Assembly (NCBI GenBank): GCA_002796125.1
Contig: PCWA01000035.1
Span: 457 to 64,456, forward strand
Source: Candidatus Ghiorseimicrobium undicola
GTDB taxonomy: Bacteria > Omnitrophota > Gorgyraeia > Ghiorseimicrobiales > Ghiorseimicrobiaceae
Length of the DNA: 64,000 nucleotides
Direction: 5' to 3'
Positions 36,457 through 43,818 of this stretch are shown piece by piece (position 1 is the first letter of the stretch; the number at the start of each line of letters is the position of its first letter). The notes under the pieces were generated by a model. It was not told where the DNA came from and did no database searches. It saw only the letters and a program-made list of their open reading frames with translations. The position numbers and the translations under genes were made by a program.

Positions 36457-36972
36457 ATGGAAAGCAAGCCTATTAAAGGGCTTATATTAGCGCTGGTGTT
36501 TTTGTCTTTAGGCGGTTTATTGCTGCATTTGCGGATACACCCGGTTTTTGAGGATGGCGTATTGGAATGGGAGTATTTGATACCGCCGGCATTTGGATTG
36601 TTGACGGTTATTCTTTTACCCTTTTTGTTTTGGCGAAAAGATACCGCTGATTTAGCCTATCTTTTAGCCGGCGTTAGCGTAATTTTCGGCATAATCATAA
36701 TGAGCCATTTGTCTATTGTCAATTGGCAGGGGGGAATTACAATTTTTAAGGTTTTATTTACGACCACGCTGGCGGATTCTTTGATGCTTTTGTCTAAATT
36801 TTTTGTTGCCAGGGCTATATTTAACGGTTATTATCCTGAAAGGACAACCTTGAATTATAAATTCCCGCAAAATTTCAGGTTTCTCTTTGACGGCTGGTGG
36901 CTGCTTCATTTTATAGCGATCGGCACAGTTTATTCTTTAGGTGTTGTTCTATCCGTACGAGGTGTGATATGA
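36457..36972 (+). CDS. Integral membrane protein, unknown function.
   Basis: ATG at 36457 with a ggagga SD. 5-6 TM helices. Confidence 0.45.
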   Translation: MESKPIKGLILALVFLSLGGLLLHLRIHPVFEDGVLEWEYLIPPAFGLLTVILLPFLFWRKDTADLAYLLAGVSVIFGIIIMSHLSIVNWQGGITIFKVLFTTTLADSLMLLSKFFVARAIFNGYYPERTTLNYKFPQNFRFLFDGWWLLHFIAIGTVYSLGVVLSVRGVI

Positions 36973-37125
36973 GGCTGATGAAATATTTCGCCATAGGCAA
37001 GCCGGGGTTTTGGATATTGCATTTGATAGTAATATCGCTGGTTTTATTGTTAGGGGCAAAAATAAAGTTTTAGAAACAATTTGTTCGGATATCGCGGATT
37101 GTTACGGATTCCGCAGATAATATCT

Positions 37126-37542
37126 ATGAAGTCTTACAGAGAATACCTGTATTTTAATACAAAGAAGAGGGTTGAATTAATAAATATTACGCCCAGCGTA
37201 GAAGAGGCTGTTAAAAAGAGCGGGGTAAAAGAAGGCCTCTGTCTGGTAAGTGCGATGCACATAACATCCAGCGTATTTGTAAACGACCAAGAGGATGGCC
37301 TGCATAGTGATTTTTTAAGCTGGCTGGATAAACTCGCGCCTTACAGCCCGGAAAAATACCGTCATAATTTAAGCGGCGAGGATAACGCGGACGCGCATTT
37401 AAAAAGAACCGTATTGGGAAGAGAAGCGGTTATGGCTATAACTGAAGGCAGGCTTGATTTTGGCCCCTGGGAGCAGATTTTTTATGGGGAATTTGACGGA
37501 AGGCGTAAAAAAAGGGCCTTGGTAAAAATTATTGGAGAATAA
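37126..37542 (+). CDS. YjbQ/UPF0047-family protein (secondary thiamine-phosphate synthase-like), paralogue 1.
   Basis: [13 protein letters not shown]...[18 protein letters not shown]...[13 protein letters not shown]...[27 protein letters not shown] matches the YjbQ fold and aligns with the 60498-60893 paralogue. Confidence 0.6.
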   Translation: MKSYREYLYFNTKKRVELINITPSVEEAVKKSGVKEGLCLVSAMHITSSVFVNDQEDGLHSDFLSWLDKLAPYSPEKYRHNLSGEDNADAHLKRTVLGREAVMAITEGRLDFGPWEQIFYGEFDGRRKKRALVKIIGE

Positions 37543-37547
37543 ATAAC

Positions 37548-38273
37548 ATGTCAAAAGAATTAATCATTTTAATATGGACGGCTTTGAGCATAGGGTTTAT
37601 ACATACCGTATTGGGGCCGGATCATTATTTGCCTTTTATCGCGATGTCTAAGGCGAGAAAATGGAGTTTATTTAAAACAGGCCTAATCACATTTTTATGC
37701 GGCCTGGGCCATGTATTAAGTTCTGTGGTATTGGGTTTTATCGGCATAGCTTTGGGCATAGCTGTATTCAGGCTTGAGTCTATTGAGTCATTTCGCGGAG
37801 ATATCGCTGCCTGGTTTCTTTTGATTTTTGGTTTTACTTATTTTATCTGGGGATTACGGGTAGCTCTCCGCAGCAGGCCGCATGTTCATGCGCACGCGCA
37901 TGATAATGAGAAATCCCATAAACATACCCATAGCCATATCGCGGGAGGGCATGTCCATTTACACGAGGTTTCTCGTGATGCCAAAGGAGCTAATATTACC
38001 CCATGGATTCTTTTCACAATTTTTGTATTCGGCCCCTGCGAGCCGCTGATACCGATTCTGATGTACCCTGCCGCTAAGGGCAGTATTATTAGCGTAATAG
38101 CAGTAACCGGAGCGTTTGCGGTAACCACTATTTCCACTATGCTCGCGCTGGTGTTTATGTTTTCATACGGATTGTCCTGGCTGAAATTTAATTGGCTTGA
38201 AAGATATTCCCATGCCTTGGCAGGGTTGATAATTTTTATCTGCGGAGGAGCGATAAAATTTTTAGGGTTATAA
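37548..38273 (+). CDS. Metal (Ni/Co-type) transporter with His-rich loop, NicO/RcnA-like.
   Basis: 6 TMs, a GPDH motif in TM1, and a cytoplasmic loop RPHVHAHAHDNEKSHKHTHSHIAGGHVHLHE. Confidence 0.45.
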   Translation: MSKELIILIWTALSIGFIHTVLGPDHYLPFIAMSKARKWSLFKTGLITFLCGLGHVLSSVVLGFIGIALGIAVFRLESIESFRGDIAAWFLLIFGFTYFIWGLRVALRSRPHVHAHAHDNEKSHKHTHSHIAGGHVHLHEVSRDAKGANITPWILFTIFVFGPCEPLIPILMYPAAKGSIISVIAVTGAFAVTTISTMLALVFMFSYGLSWLKFNWLERYSHALAGLIIFICGGAIKFLGL

Positions 38274-38376
38274 TTTTTGCCATGATTATTACCAGCCCCG
38301 TTTTTCTCATCAAAAAATCCTGTTCAAATATTTAAATTTATAATATAATAAGATTTTTGAAAGAGCTGGAGTTATC

Positions 38377-38688
38377 ATGAAAGGAAGAGCTATGTTTGAT
38401 AAAATGAAGCAGTTATTTGAATTACAGGGTAAAATGAAGGCGGTTAAAAAAGAGCTGGAATCTTCAATCGTGGAAGTAGAATCAAATAACGGCCAAATTA
38501 AGATAGTAATTAGCGGCGACCAAAAAATCAAATCTCTTGAGATAGCCGATGCGTTGATAGTAAAAGAAAATAAAACCGATCTCTGCCGGGACCTGGCGTC
38601 CTGTTTTAATGAGGCGGTAAGAAAATCGCAAAATCTGGCTGCCAGCAAGATGAAGGAAGTTTCCGGAATTAATATACCGGGATTATAA
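38377..38688 (+). CDS. ybaB: Nucleoid-associated protein YbaB/EbfC family.
   Basis: About 100 aa, MKQLFELQGKMKAVKKELESSIVEVESNNGQIKIVISGDQKIKSLEI. Confidence 0.7.
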   Translation: MKGRAMFDKMKQLFELQGKMKAVKKELESSIVEVESNNGQIKIVISGDQKIKSLEIADALIVKENKTDLCRDLASCFNEAVRKSQNLAASKMKEVSGINIPGL

Positions 38689-38705
38689 AATAACGCTACT
38701 TTAAC

Positions 38706-39083
38706 ATGAAACAGGTTATTTTTTTATGTATCGCGGTAATTTTGCTCTCCGGCTGTTTCCGCCATGACAGGGCGCAGGCAATTGCCGTATTAAAAGATTT
38801 TAGCGATGAGAAAGGCGCGCAGGAGAAGGCGGCTAAAGCGGAAATAAAAAAATTCAATGCGTTATCAGCGGATGTAAGAGGCGCTAAGCTTTCTTTGGGC
38901 TCAAGCGTGGAAGAAATATCTTCTCTATATGGCGCGCCGACTTTAATAAAAGATATCAATGAGCCGCCGGGAAGCAAAATTTTGATTTTTATAGAGCCGT
39001 TTAAGTATTTCAGCGGTAAAAGAGTAAGGCTTTATTTTGATAAAAACAATAAGTTGATTAAATATGAATACACCCCGCATTAA
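38706..39083 (+). CDS. Lipoprotein, unknown function.
   Basis: Signal plus lipobox LLSGCF. Confidence 0.45.
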   Translation: MKQVIFLCIAVILLSGCFRHDRAQAIAVLKDFSDEKGAQEKAAKAEIKKFNALSADVRGAKLSLGSSVEEISSLYGAPTLIKDINEPPGSKILIFIEPFKYFSGKRVRLYFDKNNKLIKYEYTPH

Positions 39084-39165
39084 GATATGGGTGTTTCGTC
39101 GTCTGTGAGTACGCCCCACATTTAGAGGAAATGTGGGTGTTTCACCTTCTGTGAAAGGAGTAGTT

Positions 39166-39399
39166 ATGCCATACGATAAGAATCTTGACAAAGAAGTATT
39201 TTCTGAAAGCCTGGATTCCGGAAATACCAAAATAACCGTAAGTTTATTTTCTTACAATAACGCGGAGCCTAAATTACAGATTACCCGCCAGATAAAGAGA
39301 GCGTCAGGCGAGTGGATTTTCGCGAAACTTGGCAGGTTGGCGAAGAATGAAGCTGAGTCAATTTTACCGTTAATTCAGAGAGCCTTGGAAAAAATGTAA
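39166..39399 (+). CDS. Small hypothetical protein (77 aa).
   Basis: ATG at 39166 with an aaaggag SD. The tracked ORF begins at GTG 39133. Confidence 0.35.
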   Translation: MPYDKNLDKEVFSESLDSGNTKITVSLFSYNNAEPKLQITRQIKRASGEWIFAKLGRLAKNEAESILPLIQRALEKM

Positions 39400-39496
39400 G
39401 CGTGGTAGGATTTATCGAATTTGATGAGCATAATAATGAGCATGCTTTTATATTTTAATTCTTTGGTTGGTTGCCCGCTAAGTTACGGGGTCATTT

Positions 39497-39607
39497 CCCT
39501 CGCCTAAACATCGGGGAAATCTCTTCGATATTTCCCCGATAGGCTTCGGGATAATTCGGCCAAATAACTTATGTCGGCTTCGCCTCCATAAGTTATGGCC
39601 TCATTAA
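39497..39607 (+). repeat. Copy 2 of the structured intergenic repeat element, ending exactly at the ATG of the gltD-like gene.
   Basis: ccctcgcctaaacatcggggaaat-ctcttcgat-atttccccgataggcttcggg...aacttatg...cataagtt...ctcattaa. Compensatory changes in both stems relative to copy 1. Confidence 0.8.
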
Positions 39608-40993
39608 ATGAAACACCGTATTCCAAAAGAAAGAATTAAGGATTTTTTTGAAGTAGCGCTTGGCCTTACGGAAGAAGAGGCAGCCGTCGAAGCAAAGCGT
39701 TGTCTTGAATGTAAGAATCCGGTATGCGTTAAAGGCTGCCCCGTTGCGATAGACATACCGGCGTTTATCTCATTGATTAAGGAATCGAAATTCAAGGAAG
39801 CTATTTTAAAGCTGAAAGAAAAAAATTCTCTGCCGGCAGTTTGCGGAAGGGTCTGTCCTCAGGAAAATCAGTGCGAGGCCGCTTGTATTTTAGGCAAAAA
39901 GAAAGTACCAGTGAATATTGGAGCGCTTGAGAGGTTCGCCGCAGATTGGGAGCTGAAAGAAGGGGCGCGAGTTAAGGATAATGCATCGCCAGCACAATAC
40001 TCAATACACAATACTCAATACACAAAGATTGCTGTAGTAGGCAGCGGGCCGGCGGGCTTGACTGCGGCAGGCGCGCTTGCTAAAATGGGTTATGAAGTTA
40101 CGCTCTTTGAGTCGCTGCATTTAGCAGGGGGTGTGCTCGTCTATGGCATTCCGGAATTCCGCTTACCTAAAAAAATAGTCCAGGATGAAGTAGAGTATAT
40201 AAAAAGCCTCGGCGTAGAAATAAAAACCAATACGCTTATAGGCAGGACTTTAACAATTAAAGATTTGTTTAAACATGGCTATGGCGCTGTTTTTATCGGT
40301 ACCGGCGCCGGCCTTCCTCAGTTTTTAGGCATACCCGGTGAAAATCTCGCTGGCGTTTATTCTGCCAATGAATTTTTGACGCGTGTTAATCTTATGAAAG
40401 CCTATAAATTTCCCGAATATGCCACGCCGGTAAATATCGGCGCTCATGTTGCGGTGATAGGCGCGGGTAATGTTGCTTTTGATTGCGCGCGATGCGCTAT
40501 ACGCCTTGGAAGCCAAGTGGTGCTTGTTTACCGCCGCGGCGAAAAAGAAATGCCGGCGCGGGCCGAAGAAATTGCTAACGCCAAAGAGGAAGGGCTGGTT
40601 TTAAATTTGCTTACCCAGCCGCTTGAGATTTTAGATGACGGTAATGGCGGTGTTTCAGGGCTTGAATGTATAAAGATGCGCCTGGGTGAGCCGGATGCCT
40701 CAGGCCGTGCCAAGCCTATCGCGATAGACGGCTCGAATTTTATATTAAAGGTTGATACGGTAATAGTAGCTGTTGGGCAAAGCCCCAATCCTTTATTAAC
40801 CGGGGCGACACCCGGTCTAAAGATAACTTCTAAGGGTACGATTTACGTTGATGAGCATTTTCAGACATCAATCCCCGGTGTTTTTGCCGGCGGAGATATA
40901 ATTACCGGAGCCGATACCGTGATAGCCGCGATGGGAGCCGGCCAGCGCGCGGCAGAGGAAATAGATAAATATATAAAAATGCAGAATGTATAA
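39608..40993 (+). CDS. NAD(P)H-dependent oxidoreductase of the glutamate synthase small-subunit / SudA family (GltD-like), with an in-frame heptamer-repeat insertion.
   Basis: N-terminal Fe-S Cys motifs (CLECKNPVCVKGCP, CGRVCPQENQCEAAC), FAD/NAD Rossmann motifs (VVGSGPAGL, VIGAGNVAFDCAR) and GGD. The inserted AQYSIHNTQYT is encoded by cacaata ctcaata cacaata ctcaata at 39993-40020. Confidence 0.8.
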   Translation: MKHRIPKERIKDFFEVALGLTEEEAAVEAKRCLECKNPVCVKGCPVAIDIPAFISLIKESKFKEAILKLKEKNSLPAVCGRVCPQENQCEAACILGKKKVPVNIGALERFAADWELKEGARVKDNASPAQYSIHNTQYTKIAVVGSGPAGLTAAGALAKMGYEVTLFESLHLAGGVLVYGIPEFRLPKKIVQDEVEYIKSLGVEIKTNTLIGRTLTIKDLFKHGYGAVFIGTGAGLPQFLGIPGENLAGVYSANEFLTRVNLMKAYKFPEYATPVNIGAHVAVIGAGNVAFDCARCAIRLGSQVVLVYRRGEKEMPARAEEIANAKEEGLVLNLLTQPLEILDDGNGGVSGLECIKMRLGEPDASGRAKPIAIDGSNFILKVDTVIVAVGQSPNPLLTGATPGLKITSKGTIYVDEHFQTSIPGVFAGGDIITGADTVIAAMGAGQRAAEEIDKYIKMQNV

Positions 40994-41047
40994 TGTAGAA
41001 TGCAGAATTGAATTTTATATTTTACATTTTAAATTTTACATTCTTGG
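40982..41047. repeat. Heptamer-repeat palindrome (gcagaat units, then their inverted complements tacattt) at the gltD-like stop / panB upstream. Hairpin-forming, a terminator candidate.
   Basis: gcagaat gtataat gtagaat gcagaat tgaattt tatattt tacattt taaattt tacattc. Confidence 0.7.
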
Positions 41048-41055
41048 GAGAAGAT

Positions 41056-41883
41056 ATGAAGATAACTATTGATGATATTCGCGATGCTAAAGGTAAACGC
41101 AAACTCACCATGCTTACCGCCTATGATTATCCGCTGGCTTCATTAATAGACAGGGCGGGAATAGACATGATTTTGGTGGGAGATTCGGTTGCTAACGTAG
41201 TTTTAGGCCTGGATTCCACGACTAAAGTTGGCATGGCTGAAATGCTTCATCACGCCAAAGCAGTGACGCGTGCCGTAAAAAGCGCTTTGGTTATCGGCGA
41301 CATGCCTTATGAATCATACCAGGTTAACAGGAGCGAGTCGGTTAAAAATGCCAAAAGATTTATTGAAGAGGCTAATTGCGATGTAGTAAAGCTGGAATGG
41401 TTTGATGACTGCCTTAAAGTTACGGAAGAAATTATTAAAGCCGGCATATCTGTCATGGGGCATATAGGGCTTACACCGCAGACAGCGCAGCAAATAGGCG
41501 GTTTTAAGGTCCAGGGTAAAGATGCCGGTGCTGCCCAGAAATTAATAAACCAGGCTTTGGATTTGGAAAGATTAGGCTGCTTTGCCATTGTGCTGGAATG
41601 CGTACCGGACAAGATTGCCGCGATAATTACCGAAAAAATTAAGATTCCGACCATAGGTATCGGCGCGGGTGGAGCCTGTGACGGGCAGGTTTTAGTTGCT
41701 CATGATATGCTTGGTTTATTTGAACGGTTTACGCCGAAGTTTGTAAAAAAATACGTTAATTTATCAGAGCATATTCTGAATGGGGTTAAAGCCTATAAAC
41801 AAGATGTTGAGAATGGCCTATTCCCCGCTAAAGAGCATACTTTCAGCATAAAACAGGAAGAAATCGACAAGTTGAAAAAATAA
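41056..41883 (+). CDS. panB: 3-methyl-2-oxobutanoate hydroxymethyltransferase (ketopantoate hydroxymethyltransferase).
   Basis: MLTAYDYP...ILVGDS...VIGDMPY motifs. ATG at 41056 with a gggagaag SD. The tracked ORF starts at 41008. Confidence 0.85.
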   Translation: MKITIDDIRDAKGKRKLTMLTAYDYPLASLIDRAGIDMILVGDSVANVVLGLDSTTKVGMAEMLHHAKAVTRAVKSALVIGDMPYESYQVNRSESVKNAKRFIEEANCDVVKLEWFDDCLKVTEEIIKAGISVMGHIGLTPQTAQQIGGFKVQGKDAGAAQKLINQALDLERLGCFAIVLECVPDKIAAIITEKIKIPTIGIGAGGACDGQVLVAHDMLGLFERFTPKFVKKYVNLSEHILNGVKAYKQDVENGLFPAKEHTFSIKQEEIDKLKK

Positions 41884-41896
41884 AAGGGAGGATTAA

Positions 41897-42307
41897 ATTA
41901 TAGCAAGAGCCGAAATAGTAAAAGAATTTTTAATAAGTACGGAAAATAAGGCCGGCATGCTGGCTGAGATTGTCGATACGTTCAGGGATAATAATATTAA
42001 TATTAAAGATATCGCGGCATACGGCAAAAATAATGAGGCTAAGTTTATGGTTATCGCCGACAGGGAAAAAGAAGAGCTTGTGTTAAAAGCCTTGAAAGGC
42101 AAGGGTTATGTTGCCACGGAAAAAGAAGTGGTTTTGCTTAAGATTATAAATGAAGTTGGGGCTTTATCTGAGGCAGCCGATAAAATAAAATCTTCCGGAG
42201 TGGATTTGGAATATATTTACGGCACGACCTGTGATTGTTCTTGTGACTGTCAGCTGGTAATTTCATCAAACGATAATAAAAAAGTCGTGGAGATTTTAAG
42301 CAAATAA
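41897..42307 (+). CDS. ACT-domain protein, probably using a non-ATG (ATT/ATA) start.
   Basis: A perfect SD gggagg at 41886-41891 is followed 5 nt later by att ata gca... encoding IIARAEIVKEFLISTENKAGMLAEIV. The first ATG (41957) would delete beta-strand 1 of the ACT fold. Confidence 0.5.
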   Translation: MIARAEIVKEFLISTENKAGMLAEIVDTFRDNNINIKDIAAYGKNNEAKFMVIADREKEELVLKALKGKGYVATEKEVVLLKIINEVGALSEAADKIKSSGVDLEYIYGTTCDCSCDCQLVISSNDNKKVVEILSK

Positions 42308-42354
42308 ATTATGCGGCAGCGGCTGGTTTGGCCGGTTTTAAATTTGGCCTGCCC

Positions 42355-42383
42355 TTGACAAAATAGGATTTACGGTTATTATA
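42355..42383 (+). promoter_or_regulatory. Promoter candidate upstream of glyQS.
   Basis: TTGACA at 42355-42360, a 17-nt spacer, ATTATA at 42378-42383. Confidence 0.4.
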
Positions 42384-42423
42384 TAGGTTTTGAAGTTGTC
42401 AGATCCAAGGCGAAACAATAATT

Positions 42424-43731
42424 ATGGATTCAAAAAAAATAGATAAAGTGGTTTCTTTGTGCAAGAGGCGCGGTTTTATTTTTCAGTCTTCGGATATTTA
42501 CGGAGGGCTCGCAAATACGTGGGATTACGGGCCGTATGGCGTAGAGCTTAAGAATAATTTAAAGCGCGCCTGGTGGCAGGCGAATGTTTACGCGCGCGAT
42601 GATATCTATGGCATGGATGCGGCAATTTTAATGCACCCTAAAGCTTGGGAGGCCTCCGGCCATATCGATAATTTTTTTGACTTAAAAAGCGATTGTAAAT
42701 CATGCAAGAAGCGTTTAAAATCCGAGGATTTGAAAAATAAAAGCAAATGCCCGGAATGCGGAGGCGAGCTTACCGAAGCACGGCCTTTTAACTTAATGTT
42801 CAAAACGCATCAGGGGCCGGTTGAAGATACGGCGAACCTGTTATATCTAAGGCCGGAAACCGCGCAGGGGATGTTTGTTAATTTCGCTAATATTTTGGAT
42901 TCCCGCCATCCGAAGCTGCCTTTTGGCATTGCGCAAATCGGCAAATCTTTTCGTAATGAGATTACCCCGGGAAATTTCATCTTCCGCACGCGCGAATTTG
43001 AACAGATGGAGATAGAGTATTTTGTTAATCCTAATGGCGCCGATAAAAAATTGGAAGAATGGATAGAGAACCGTTTCAATTGGTATATAGCTCTTGGGCT
43101 AAATAAGGCAAATTTACGCAAGCGGCCTCACGGCAAAGAAGAGCTTGCGCATTACGCCCTTGCCTGTACCGACATAGAATATAATTTTCCTTTCGGCTGG
43201 TCTGAGCTTGAAGGCATAGCCAACAGGTCTGACTTTGACCTGAAGCGCCATGCTGAATACAGCGGTAAAGATTTACGGTATTTTGATGATACGGCGAAAG
43301 AAAGATTTTTCCCTTATATAATTGAACCTTCCGGAGGAGTGGATAGGAGCCTTTTGGCGTTTTTAACTGACGCTTATCATGAAGAGGACGTCAGGGGTAA
43401 GATACGCGTAGTTTTGAAATTAAGCAGGGAATTGGCTCCGGTAAAAACAGCGGTATTGCCGCTTTTAAAAAACCGGCCCGAGATTATCGAGTTGGCAAGG
43501 AGGATAACACAAGGCCTTAAAAAGCATATTGTTTGTATCTATGACGATACAGCCGCTATCGGCAAGCTTTACCGCAGGCAGGATGAGGTGGGGACGCTTT
43601 ATTGCGTTACCGTGGACGTAGAATCGCTTGAAGATAAACAGGTGACGGTGAGAGAAAGGGATACGATGGAGCAGAAAAGGATAGGAATAGACAGGCTGAA
43701 GGAATATCTATTAGAAAAATTAAATAACTAG
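42424..43731 (+). CDS. glyQS: Glycine--tRNA ligase (class II, homodimeric type).
   Basis: QSSDIYGGLANTWDYGPYGVELK, a Zn-finger insert CKSCKK...CPECGG, class II motifs (FRNEITPGNFIFRTREFEQMEIEYF) and an anticodon-binding C-terminus. Confidence 0.85.
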   Translation: MDSKKIDKVVSLCKRRGFIFQSSDIYGGLANTWDYGPYGVELKNNLKRAWWQANVYARDDIYGMDAAILMHPKAWEASGHIDNFFDLKSDCKSCKKRLKSEDLKNKSKCPECGGELTEARPFNLMFKTHQGPVEDTANLLYLRPETAQGMFVNFANILDSRHPKLPFGIAQIGKSFRNEITPGNFIFRTREFEQMEIEYFVNPNGADKKLEEWIENRFNWYIALGLNKANLRKRPHGKEELAHYALACTDIEYNFPFGWSELEGIANRSDFDLKRHAEYSGKDLRYFDDTAKERFFPYIIEPSGGVDRSLLAFLTDAYHEEDVRGKIRVVLKLSRELAPVKTAVLPLLKNRPEIIELARRITQGLKKHIVCIYDDTAAIGKLYRRQDEVGTLYCVTVDVESLEDKQVTVRERDTMEQKRIGIDRLKEYLLEKLNN

Positions 43732-43765
43732 TTTTTTTGTATTTTGTATGGCGCATAGCGTATTG

Positions 43766-43800
43766 CGTAATACTCAATACTCAATACTTAATACTTAAGA
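43766..43800. repeat. 7-bp tandem repeat (ctcaata-type) between glyQS and ppdK.
   Basis: cgtaata ctcaata ctcaata cttaata cttaaga. Same unit as the in-frame repeats in hemB and the gltD-like gene. Confidence 0.8.
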
Positions 43801-43818
43801 AGGAGGGTTTTAAAGAAA

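Noticed and set aside
42308-42354. Possible terminator ggccggttttaaatttggcc after the ACT-domain gene.
   Set aside because: Only a 4-bp GC stem with a 12-nt loop and no proper U-tract. Too weak.
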